Assembly (NCBI GenBank): GCA_902635895.1
Contig: CACPPV010000003.1
Span: 11,830 to 75,829 of the forward strand
From: an uncultured Bacteroidota bacterium
GTDB taxonomy: Bacteria; Bacteroidota; Bacteroidia; Flavobacteriales; Flavobacteriaceae
Length of the DNA: 64,000 nucleotides
Direction of reading: 5' to 3'
A program made the position numbers and the translations under genes. The notes below the pieces were generated by a model that was not told the origin of the DNA, made no database searches, and worked only from the letters and a program-made list of their open reading frames with translations. Below, piece after piece: positions 37,944-46,310 of this stretch. Every line of letters begins with the position of its first letter. Within the stretch, counting starts at the first letter, position 1.

Positions 37944-40235
37944 ATGGACGTATATTTAATAATGATTATTGCTCTAGCCATCCTAGCCATTGGAGACTTG
38001 GTTGTGGGTGTTAGTAACGATGCCGTAAACTTCTTAAATTCAGCTTTAGGATCAAAGGCTATTTCAGTTAGAAATATTATGATCTTAGCCAGTTTAGGTG
38101 TTGCAGTTGGAGCTGTATTTTCAAGTGGAATGATGGAAGTTGCGAGAAAAGGAATTTTTAATCCAGATATGTTTTTCTTCTCAGAAATCATGATCATTTT
38201 TATGGCGGTTATGATTACGGACATATTGCTGCTTGATTTCTTTAACACACTAGGGATGCCTACTTCAACTACAGTTTCTATTGTATTTGAACTTTTAGGT
38301 GCAGCTGTAGCGGTTTCACTCATTAAAATTTTTGCTACAGGTGGTGATTCAAGCATGCTAGTTGAATATATAAACGTAACTAAAGCTACTCAGATTATTG
38401 GAGGAATACTGTTGTCAGTATTTGTTGCTTTCTCTGTTGGAGCAGTTGTTCAGTATGTTTCAAGATTATTATTGTCTTATAATTATGAGCAAAAAGCGAA
38501 ATGGGTAGGTTCATTATTTGGCGGGGTTGCTTTAACTTCTATAACCTACTTCATATTAATGAAAGGAATAAAGGGTACAGCTTATGCTAAACAAAGTTTT
38601 GACATACTAGATGGTTCAACCATTGCAAACTTCATGGAAACTCAAGTTGTTTTAATTGCAATAAGTTTATTTATTGTTTTATCGTTAATTTCATTTTTAA
38701 TTGTTTCTGTTTTAAAAATTAACATCTATAAAATTATAATTGGTGTTGGTACATTTTCATTAGCGCTAGCATTTGCTGGAAACGATTTGGTTAACTTTAT
38801 TGGTGTTCCAATTGCTGCATGGCAATCTTATGAAGCTTGGAGTGCGTCTGGAGTTGCAGCAACTGAATTTTCTATGGCTGTTCTATCTAAAAAAGTTCCT
38901 ACTCCAAGTTTGCTATTATTTTTAGCTGGAATGGTAATGGTAGTGACTTTATGGATTTCATCTAAAGCTAAAAAAGTAACTAAAACTGAAATAGATTTAG
39001 CTAGACAACAAGACACAAAAGAAAGATTTAACCCAAACTTTTTATCAAGAGGAATTGTTAGAGCTTCAGTTAATTTGTCAAATATATTTTCAAAAGTTGT
39101 TCCAAGTAATGTTCAAAAACACATTGACTCACAATTTGAAAAACCTGCAATAGAATTATCATCTAACAAATCAATTGAATTGCCTGCTTTCGATATGATC
39201 AGAGCAGCAGTAAATATGATGGTTGCAGCAATTCTTATTTCCATAGCTACATCTTTCAAATTACCTTTATCTACGACTTATGTAACATTCATGGTTGCAA
39301 TGGGAACATCATTGGCTGATAGAGCATGGGGAAGTGAGAGTGCTGTGTACAGAGTTGCTGGAGTTCTAAATGTAATTGGTGGTTGGTTCTTTACAGCTTT
39401 TATTGCTTTTGTAGGTTGTGGAACTATTGCATTCCTAATAAATTTAGGCGGACCTACAGCTATAGCTATTCTTCTATTTGTTGCGTTATTGTTATTAGCA
39501 AGAAACTATATTTCTCACAGAAAAGAAACTGCTCAGATTAAAAATGAAGATGCATTAAGCTCAGCCGAAAGCAGTTCTATTCAAGGTGTTATCATAGAAA
39601 GCTCAAGCAATGTTTCAAAGGCTTCAAAAAAGATTAAAAAAATCTTTGCAGCATCTATAGATGGACTTGCTACTCAAGACTTATCTACTCTTAAAAAAAA
39701 TAAAAAAGAAGTTAAATCTTTAGCTGAAGAAATTGAGGATTTAAGAAATGATTTATTCTATTTTATTAAAAATTTAGATGAGTCCACAATTAAGGGAGCT
39801 AGTAACTTTTATATTAATGTTCTAGGTTCTTTACAAGATATTTCAGAGTCACTACAGTATATTTCAAAAGTTACTTTCAAGCATATTAATAACAATCACA
39901 AGGCTTTAACTTTTAATCAAATAAGAGAATTAAAAGAAATTAGCCTTGAACTTGAAACACTATTTGAAAGAACGAAATTTGCCTTCTCTAAAAATAATTT
40001 CAAGGAAATTTCTAGTATTCTTGACTCTAAACAAGAGTTGTTAGACTCTGTAAGAGAAAAAATTAACAATCAGATTTCAAGAACAAAATCTGAGGAATCA
40101 AGTCCAAAAAACACAACGCTATACTTTAGTATTTTGACAGAATCTAAGGATCTTATCAAAGCAACTATGGCGATGTTAGAGCTTTACAACGAAGAATACG
40201 ATTCAAGTGTAGAGCCTCCATCAAACGGAAAATAA
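37944..40235 (+). CDS. Inorganic phosphate transporter (PiT/PHO4 family) fused to a roughly 250-aa cytoplasmic PhoU-like helical C-domain
   Basis: GVSNDAVNFLNSALGSKA and GNDLVNFIGVP PHO4 signature repeats. The ORF track starts at 37869; ATG 37944 (MDVYLIMIIALAIL) fits the family N-terminus. The C-terminal 540-788 region is hydrophilic and helical. Confidence 0.88.
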   Translation: MDVYLIMIIALAILAIGDLVVGVSNDAVNFLNSALGSKAISVRNIMILASLGVAVGAVFSSGMMEVARKGIFNPDMFFFSEIMIIFMAVMITDILLLDFFNTLGMPTSTTVSIVFELLGAAVAVSLIKIFATGGDSSMLVEYINVTKATQIIGGILLSVFVAFSVGAVVQYVSRLLLSYNYEQKAKWVGSLFGGVALTSITYFILMKGIKGTAYAKQSFDILDGSTIANFMETQVVLIAISLFIVLSLISFLIVSVLKINIYKIIIGVGTFSLALAFAGNDLVNFIGVPIAAWQSYEAWSASGVAATEFSMAVLSKKVPTPSLLLFLAGMVMVVTLWISSKAKKVTKTEIDLARQQDTKERFNPNFLSRGIVRASVNLSNIFSKVVPSNVQKHIDSQFEKPAIELSSNKSIELPAFDMIRAAVNMMVAAILISIATSFKLPLSTTYVTFMVAMGTSLADRAWGSESAVYRVAGVLNVIGGWFFTAFIAFVGCGTIAFLINLGGPTAIAILLFVALLLLARNYISHRKETAQIKNEDALSSAESSSIQGVIIESSSNVSKASKKIKKIFAASIDGLATQDLSTLKKNKKEVKSLAEEIEDLRNDLFYFIKNLDESTIKGASNFYINVLGSLQDISESLQYISKVTFKHINNNHKALTFNQIRELKEISLELETLFERTKFAFSKNNFKEISSILDSKQELLDSVREKINNQISRTKSEESSPKNTTLYFSILTESKDLIKATMAMLELYNEEYDSSVEPPSNGK

Positions 40236-40260
40236 TAAGTAATAAAACTTTATTCCATAA

Positions 40261-40292
40261 AAAAAGCAATTCGTAATGAATTGCTTTTTTTT
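40261..40292. terminator. Bidirectional rho-independent terminator between PiT and nrdA
   Basis: AGCAATTC-GTAAT-GAATTGCT stem-loop flanked by AAAA upstream and TTTTTTT downstream. Confidence 0.8.
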
Positions 40293-40311
40293 ATGAATAA
40301 TTTAATAGTTA

Positions 40312-42090
40312 CTAGCCTTCACAACTAACACACTCTTTCTTTTGTTTGAACTTTTGGGCAGCATTCATACTGTGCTGATAATACAATGATTTTAGTCCTA
40401 ACTTCCAAGCTGTTATGTGTATTTTATTAATATCCTTTGTGGGCATATCTGGATGTACAATAATATTAAGTGATTGACCTTGGTCAATATGATTTTGTCT
40501 ATTGGCTGCCTGATATACAATCACTAACTGGTCTATTTCAGAATATGTTTTGAATGTATCTTTTTCATTTTCTGATAAAAAGTCTAGATGTTGAACAGAG
40601 CCATCTCTGTCTCTAATATCTCTCCAAATCTCTGGAGTATCCATACCTTTTTCCTTTAATAATTTTTCTAAAAAGGGATTTTTAATTGTCGTTTTTATTT
40701 TTGCGATATCTTTCACATAGATATTTGACCATATTGGTTCAATGCCTTGCGATACTTGTCCTAATATAAAGGCAGACGATGTAGTCGGAGCCACAGCATT
40801 TAAAGTTGCATTTCTTCTTCCATATCCTTTCAAAATCTCTGGTTCTCCAAACTTTTCAGCTAAATGTTGAGAAGCTTTATTAGACAACTCTTTAATTTTT
40901 CTAAATACCTCACTGTTTAAATCATACGATTCTTGACTATCAAAAGGGAGCATTTTAGACTGTAAAAGAGAGTGCCAGCCTAGAGTTCCCATTCCTAATG
41001 CTCTATTTTCTTTTGCAAAATTATAAGCCCTTTCCATAAACAAAAATGTTTGCTGATCCTCTCGGTCATCTGAGTTTTTGTAAGATTCTAGTTTTTCCAA
41101 AAACTCTGTAATTATTGCATCTAAAAAATAAATCATTGTTTCAACAGCATCAGTATCTTTCCATTTATCATAATGCAATAAATTAATACTTGACAATACA
41201 CAAACAAAAGACCAATCATGGTTTGAAGGCAGCATAATTTCTGTGCATAAATTACTTGCATAGATAGGTAGCTTCTTATCTTTATATACATCAGGAGCCC
41301 CATTGTTCGCATTATCTGTAAAGAAAATATAAGGATATCCCATTTCACCACGACTCTGTAGAACTTTAGCCCAAATTGTTCTTTTTTCTACATCGCCATC
41401 TATCATCTCTTGCATCCAGTCATTAGTTACCGTGACACCGTGAGTTAACTCTTGTATTGGATTACCTTCTGTGCCTATTTCCAAGAATTCCATAATATCT
41501 GGGTGATCAATTGGTAAATAGGGAGAAAAGCGACCTCGTCTAACTGAACCCTGGCTTACAACATCTACCATAGATTCAAATAATCTCATAATATGAACAG
41601 CACCCGAGGCTTCTCCATTATCCTTTATTGCAGCACCTCTATGTCTAATTTTACCAAAGTATCCAGATGTTCCACCACCCAGTTTAGACATCATACCAAC
41701 CTCAGACTGACTATATAAAATATTTCCTATATCGTCATCTATATGTGAACCAAAGCAACTGATTGGTAAACCACGCTTTTTCCCAAAGTTTGACCAAACA
41801 GGTGATGCCAAAGAATAAAATCCTTCGGACATGTAGTAATAAAATTTTTCTGCGTAGCCTGGCATTTGTAGAATTTCTTCAGCTCTTTTTGCAATGTTAG
41901 CTATACGTTCTTCAGCACACACTCCCTCTCCAATGTATCCCGCAGCAAGAAACTTTCTACTATTTTCGTTAAGCCACTCAAATGGTTTTTCAGAACTCAA
42001 ATTCATTCTTTTGTTTGAGTCTTCTCTTGCCTGAACTAAGTCGTGGGAGGAATTTACTTGTTTTTGCTCGTCTAATATTTTTGTCTCCAT
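40312..42090 (-). CDS. nrdA: Class I ribonucleotide reductase alpha subunit, short form without ATP-cone
   Basis: 592 aa; active-site ASNLCTEI, C-terminal redox pair CVSC. The N-terminus lacks the KRDG/ATP-cone pattern. Confidence 0.92.
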   Translation of the reverse strand: METKILDEQKQVNSSHDLVQAREDSNKRMNLSSEKPFEWLNENSRKFLAAGYIGEGVCAEERIANIAKRAEEILQMPGYAEKFYYYMSEGFYSLASPVWSNFGKKRGLPISCFGSHIDDDIGNILYSQSEVGMMSKLGGGTSGYFGKIRHRGAAIKDNGEASGAVHIMRLFESMVDVVSQGSVRRGRFSPYLPIDHPDIMEFLEIGTEGNPIQELTHGVTVTNDWMQEMIDGDVEKRTIWAKVLQSRGEMGYPYIFFTDNANNGAPDVYKDKKLPIYASNLCTEIMLPSNHDWSFVCVLSSINLLHYDKWKDTDAVETMIYFLDAIITEFLEKLESYKNSDDREDQQTFLFMERAYNFAKENRALGMGTLGWHSLLQSKMLPFDSQESYDLNSEVFRKIKELSNKASQHLAEKFGEPEILKGYGRRNATLNAVAPTTSSAFILGQVSQGIEPIWSNIYVKDIAKIKTTIKNPFLEKLLKEKGMDTPEIWRDIRDRDGSVQHLDFLSENEKDTFKTYSEIDQLVIVYQAANRQNHIDQGQSLNIIVHPDMPTKDINKIHITAWKLGLKSLYYQHSMNAAQKFKQKKECVSCEG

Positions 42091-42093
42091 ATT

Positions 42094-43377
42094 CTAAAAA
42101 AGATCATCATTGGTTATACTTTGGCTTCTTTTACTATAATTGATGGATCTTTTGACAAAAAAGTCCCCATGTTTGGTTCCTATAATTTCATCATCAAACC
42201 ATTCTGTTTCTAAAACTAAGTTTTGGTCTACCTCAAACACCTTCTCTATACCAATGCTTTCCAATGAGTTATTAAATCTGTTTTTTAGAAATTCATTAAT
42301 TACTGCTTTAGGTAAAAAATCTAGTTCTCCATTTTCAAAAATCCAGTCTACAACATCTTGCTCAGCTTCGAAGGCTTCCTTACATAAATTTTGAATGTTT
42401 TGATGATATTCTGATGTGAACCATTCAGGATGTTCTTTTTGTAAAATTTTAATTAAATCGATTCCAAAGTCACCGTGGATTTGTTCTTCTTTAGATGTTG
42501 CCTCTACTACATTTGAAATTCCTTTCAACATGTTTTTGTGTTTGTTAAAGGCCATAATTATTAAGAACTGTGAGAACAATGAAACGTGTTCAATAAACAA
42601 TGAAAATAAAAGGATAGCTTCAGCATACTCTTTATTGTCATCACTTTTAGAATTTTTAAGTGCTGTTTCTAGATAACGCACTCTTTTCATTATACTTGGT
42701 TTCTTTTTAAGTTCTTTGAATTCTGAGTTTAATCCTAATATTTCTAATAAATGAGAATAGGCATCAGCATGACGAACTTCACTTTCAGCAAATGTTGAAC
42801 CTACTGAACCAATTTCAGGTTTGGGAATTCTATGATAAAGATCTCCCCAAAAAGACTTTACAGCAACTTCAATTTGAGATATTGCCAACATTGTGTTTTT
42901 GATTGCGCTTCTTTCAGAATCAGACAAACGGGATTTAAAATCTTGAATATCGCTTGTGAAATTGAATTCTGAATGTATCCAATATGAATGTCTAATAGCC
43001 GGAACATATTCATATAAATGAGGATATTCATATGGTTTTAAGTTTACTCTTTTTTCAAAAATATCAGACTCTCTTTTCTGACTTCTTTTATTTCTGTATA
43101 ATATGTAAGCTTTTGCAACGTCTTTAAACTTACTTTCCATTAACTGTGTTTCAACAATATCCTGAACCTCTTCAATTGTAGGAATATATTCCTGGTGTTT
43201 ATTTTTTCGATCTAATAATTGAGTGTAGACGGATAAAGACACGTCTTGCGCGTCTTGTCTTGTACCTACTTCTACTGCTACCATTGCTTTGTGAATAGCT
43301 TCTGTAATTTTATCTAAGTCAAAAGCTTTGATGTCGAAATCTCTCTTAATTATTTGATCTATCTTCATTTGGTTCAA
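42094..43377 (-). CDS. nrdB: Ribonucleotide reductase beta subunit with N-terminal ATP-cone (class Id-type NrdB)
   Basis: Residues about 5-95, IIKRDFDIKAFDLDKITEAIHKA...VAKAYILYRNKR, form a canonical ATP-cone. Ferritin-like core carries metal motifs ESEVRHADAY and EEQIHGDFG; 427 aa. Confidence 0.92.
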   Translation of the reverse strand: MNQMKIDQIIKRDFDIKAFDLDKITEAIHKAMVAVEVGTRQDAQDVSLSVYTQLLDRKNKHQEYIPTIEEVQDIVETQLMESKFKDVAKAYILYRNKRSQKRESDIFEKRVNLKPYEYPHLYEYVPAIRHSYWIHSEFNFTSDIQDFKSRLSDSERSAIKNTMLAISQIEVAVKSFWGDLYHRIPKPEIGSVGSTFAESEVRHADAYSHLLEILGLNSEFKELKKKPSIMKRVRYLETALKNSKSDDNKEYAEAILLFSLFIEHVSLFSQFLIIMAFNKHKNMLKGISNVVEATSKEEQIHGDFGIDLIKILQKEHPEWFTSEYHQNIQNLCKEAFEAEQDVVDWIFENGELDFLPKAVINEFLKNRFNNSLESIGIEKVFEVDQNLVLETEWFDDEIIGTKHGDFFVKRSINYSKRSQSITNDDLF

Positions 43378-43524
43378 TTTTTTTTATTCTCGTTTAATAT
43401 AAAAATATCTATTTTATTTATTCAGTTTTATGCGGCCACTTTATAAGTTCTTAACAAAATTTTCAACATAAAATTTTAATCTTTATTTTTATGTTTTCCC
43501 TTTAAAAAAACAGTATAATTTTTA

Positions 43525-43550
43525 CTAAACTTTTGTGCTTAAAAGTTTAG
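43525..43550. promoter_or_regulatory. Perfect 10-bp stem hairpin in the nrdB upstream region
   Basis: CTAAACTTTT-GTGCTT-AAAAGTTTAG. Confidence 0.4.
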
Positions 43551-43611
43551 CTAATTAATTATTCAACAACAAATAATCTTATTTCAACACCCCCTCATTT
43601 ACATCCGAACC

Positions 43612-43656
43612 AAAAAAACAGGGACAATATTTGTTTTAAATATTGTTGTTTTTTTT
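43612..43656. terminator. Bidirectional terminator-like hairpin inside the nrdB upstream region
   Basis: ACAATATTT-GTTTT-AAATATTGT (43624-43646), flanked by AAAAAAACA(GGG) on the left and TGTTTTTTTT on the right. Confidence 0.55.
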
Positions 43657-43753
43657 AAAAATTGGTACAGCAGTAGACATCTTTATTAAATTTAATTATA
43701 AAAACTAGTAAAATTTTTGGTTGTTGTTTAACACAAAGGTTCTAAAATGTTTC

Positions 43754-43781
43754 CAAAAATAAAAGCAGTATTTATTCACAA
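43754..43781 (-). promoter_or_regulatory. Candidate Bacteroidota promoter (-33 TTG / -7 TATTTTTG) pointing toward nrdB
   Basis: Reverse strand reads TTG-N17-TATTTTTG. It would start transcription near 43748, about 370 nt upstream of the nrdB ATG. Confidence 0.4.
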
Positions 43782-43907
43782 ACAAGCTTAGTTCTTAACA
43801 ATTTTAAAATCATCATTTTTAATAGTAAAGAATGATTTGTAAATATAATGTTTTGATTTTCAGTAAGTTAAATTAGTTTAAGTATTTAATTGAAAATTTG
43901 AGCGCTA

Positions 43908-44474
43908 TTAAGTTTTGTTTTTAGCTATTTTTTCGAGCTCCAAAAACCACTGCTTTCCAAATTTTTTTATTAGTGCTTCTTTAACAAATTCATAAACAGG
44001 TTTTTTGAGTTCGTTACCCAAACTACATGCGTCAGAACAAATTGACCATTTATGATAATTAACAGCCGTAAATTCTGAGTATTCTTTCACCCTAATTGGA
44101 TACAAATGACAAGAAATAGGTTTATTGAAATCAATTTCTTTTTTATTATGTGCTTTTTCAATAGCGCAAGATAATGTGCCATTTGGCTCGTAATGTACAT
44201 AAACGCAAGCTTTAGAATCCACAAGTGGTGTTTCTAATTTTCCATTTTTTGTAGTAATATACTTTCCTTTTGATTTTACTATTTTGACAGCTCTTGGCAA
44301 AAGATATTTTGAAATTTTATCGAAATCTTTCTCAATTGATTTAGCTTCATTAATTTCTAAAGGAGCTCCAGCAATACCTTCGACACAACACGCCCCTTTA
44401 CATTTTGAAATATTACACTGAAAATTGTTTTCTAAAATTTCTTCAGAAACCAAACTTTTACCAATTCTAAACAT
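43908..44474 (-). CDS. Cys-rich DUF3109-like protein
   Basis: 188 aa; CNISKCKGACC cluster plus further conserved Cys. Family name recalled from memory. Confidence 0.65.
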   Translation of the reverse strand: MFRIGKSLVSEEILENNFQCNISKCKGACCVEGIAGAPLEINEAKSIEKDFDKISKYLLPRAVKIVKSKGKYITTKNGKLETPLVDSKACVYVHYEPNGTLSCAIEKAHNKKEIDFNKPISCHLYPIRVKEYSEFTAVNYHKWSICSDACSLGNELKKPVYEFVKEALIKKFGKQWFLELEKIAKNKT

Positions 44475-44520
44475 TACGTTAAATTAAAAAAATACTTGAT
44501 TTTTATTTTCAATATAAATA

Positions 44521-44528
44521 TATATTTG
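44521..44528 (+). promoter_or_regulatory. -7 box TATATTTG upstream of the MarC-family gene
   Basis: Exact TAnnTTTG within TATATTTGCAAAAAAA, 12 nt before ATG 44541. Confidence 0.5.
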
Positions 44529-44540
44529 CAAAAAAAATTG

Positions 44541-45110
44541 ATGGTAAATATTAAAGAAATTTTTACGGTAGGAATGATACTTTTTGCTGTAATTGATATT
44601 ATCGGAAGTGTTCCTATTATTATTGAACTAAGGAAAAAAGTTGGACATATTCAATCAGAAAAAGCATCGATTGTTTCAGTTATAATAATGATCGCTTTTC
44701 TTTTTATTGGAGAAGAAATTCTAAATATCATTGGAATTGATGTAAACTCTTTCGCTGTTGCAGGAGCATTTGTAATTTTCTTTATCTCCCTAGAAATGGT
44801 TTTGGGAATTTCAATTTATAAAGATGAAACACCAGAAACTGCTTCAATTGTTCCAATTGCATTTCCACTAATTGCTGGTGCTGGTACACTTACAACACTT
44901 CTTTCTTTAAGAGCAGAATTTGAGCTGGTTAATATAATTATTGCTATCGTTGTAAACGTTTTATTTGTTTATCTAGTTTTAAAATTTTCTGACAAAATTG
45001 AAAGGATCTTTGGAAAATCAGGAATTGCTGTTATAAGAAAAATTTTCGGTGTAATTTTAATGGCAATTGCAGTCAAATTATTTGCTAGTAATATTCAAGG
45101 TTTATTTTAA
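44541..45110 (+). CDS. MarC family (UPF0056) integral membrane protein
   Basis: Six TM helices; IDIIGSVPI and PLIAGAGT motifs. The ORF-track start (44496) lies upstream of the promoter box, so ATG 44541 is preferred. Confidence 0.85.
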   Translation: MVNIKEIFTVGMILFAVIDIIGSVPIIIELRKKVGHIQSEKASIVSVIIMIAFLFIGEEILNIIGIDVNSFAVAGAFVIFFISLEMVLGISIYKDETPETASIVPIAFPLIAGAGTLTTLLSLRAEFELVNIIIAIVVNVLFVYLVLKFSDKIERIFGKSGIAVIRKIFGVILMAIAVKLFASNIQGLF

Positions 45111-45111
45111 T

Positions 45112-45300
45112 ATGAAAAAAATTTATTTCTTTATAACATTAGCTGTTCTGTTATTAATTTTTAATCTCACTAAAGTCGATTTTGGTCAACTTTTTTCCAA
45201 AGACAGTAAAATTGGATTAATTGGGGTGTTGGCTTGTGCGTGTGCTGTTGTGCTATTATTAATCCTTTACGTCTCTAAAAAAATCAATAGTAAAAACTAA
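45112..45300 (+). CDS. Small two-TM membrane protein, function unknown
   Basis: MKKIYFFITLAVLLLIF... The ORF-track start 45067 overlaps the MarC gene; ATG 45112 follows its stop directly. Confidence 0.45.
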   Translation: MKKIYFFITLAVLLLIFNLTKVDFGQLFSKDSKIGLIGVLACACAVVLLLILYVSKKINSKN

Positions 45301-45726
45301 TTACACATCAGGAATGTGAACTATTTCCAATCCAGATTTTTTAAGAAAATCTATTCCTGTTTTATCCTTGTATTCAACAATGTAGACCACTCTTTTTATT
45401 CCGGACTGGAAAATCAATTTACTACATTCTCTACAAGGTGATAATGTAATATATAAAGTTGCACCCTCACAAGACTGTGTAGAAGAAGCTACTTTCATTA
45501 TGGCGTTTGCTTCAGCATGCAAAACATACCACTTGGTGTTGTTCTCTTCGTCTTCACAAACATTTTCAAATCCAGTTGGAGTTCCGTTGTATCCATCTGA
45601 AATGATCATTTTATCTTTAACTATCAATGCTCCAACTTGTCGTCTGTGGCAATAAGAAAGTTTAGCCCACTCTTTAGCCATTTTTAAATAGGCAATGTCA
45701 TATTTTTTTTGCTTTAACAAGGTCAT
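45301..45726 (-). CDS. dCMP deaminase (ComEB-like)
   Basis: HAEANAI and PCRECSKLI zinc motifs; 141 aa. Confidence 0.9.
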   Translation of the reverse strand: MTLLKQKKYDIAYLKMAKEWAKLSYCHRRQVGALIVKDKMIISDGYNGTPTGFENVCEDEENNTKWYVLHAEANAIMKVASSTQSCEGATLYITLSPCRECSKLIFQSGIKRVVYIVEYKDKTGIDFLKKSGLEIVHIPDV

Positions 45727-45727
45727 A

Positions 45728-46297
45728 TTAAATCATTTGATAAATTAATTTTAAAGATACTAATATGATAAAAACTGAGCATATGTTTATATAACTTGAT
45801 CTCTTCAAAATATTTAGTTTTATCACTATTAAATTAATTAATAGTATTGCTAAAACTACAACAAGTTGAGACAATTCTACTCCAATAGCAAAACCTAAAA
45901 GAGGAGTTATTTTAGTGTCCAAAGAATCAGTTAACATCTCGAAATAGTTTCCAAAACCAAAGCCATGAATTAATCCAAAGAAAATTGAAAAACCATACTC
46001 AAACAATGCATTTATTTTTGTCTTATTGTTTAAAATATTATAAACAGACGTTAAAATAATTGTTACTGGAATCAAAAATTCAATAATTTCTGAAGGTGGT
46101 TTTAAAATATCAAACGCTGATAAAATTAAAGAAAAAGTATGACCTATTGTGAAGGATGTAACTACCCAAAAAACAGTTTTATAATCTTTAAAACTATAAA
46201 CAATAGTCAGAGCAGAAAGGAACAACATATGGTCTATTGCATTCCAATCCAAAACATGAAACAATCCCAACTCCAAATAAAAAACTAAATCATACAT
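45728..46297 (-). CDS. HupE/UreJ family membrane protein
   Basis: 189 aa, 6 TM; GLFHV...LDH-like N-terminal motif (GLFHVLDWNAIDHMLF) and GxxHGFGF. Confidence 0.72.
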   Translation of the reverse strand: MYDLVFYLELGLFHVLDWNAIDHMLFLSALTIVYSFKDYKTVFWVVTSFTIGHTFSLILSAFDILKPPSEIIEFLIPVTIILTSVYNILNNKTKINALFEYGFSIFFGLIHGFGFGNYFEMLTDSLDTKITPLLGFAIGVELSQLVVVLAILLINLIVIKLNILKRSSYINICSVFIILVSLKLIYQMI

Positions 46298-46310
46298 AAT
46301 TTAAATATAA

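Noticed and set aside
40312-42090. Possibility that the short (592 aa) NrdA is a truncated pseudogene.
   Set aside because: The ORF is intact from start to the C-terminal CVSC redox pair, keeps the NxCxE active-site motif, and sits 3 nt after nrdB. An ATP-cone-less NrdA is exactly what is expected when the ATP-cone is on NrdB.
43514-43519. TATAAT hexamer (sigma70-like -10 box) on the forward strand of the nrdB upstream region.
   Set aside because: Bacteroidota primary sigma factors use TAnnTTTG rather than TATAAT. The hexamer is expected by chance in DNA this AT-rich, and no TTGACA-like partner is present.
43603-43611. GGTTCGGAT on the reverse strand of the nrdB upstream region, which resembles a tRNA T-loop (GGTTCGAAT).
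   Set aside because: No complementary T-stem follows it (the next bases are GTAAATG), and no acceptor, D or anticodon arms can be drawn around it. It is not a tRNA or tRNA remnant.
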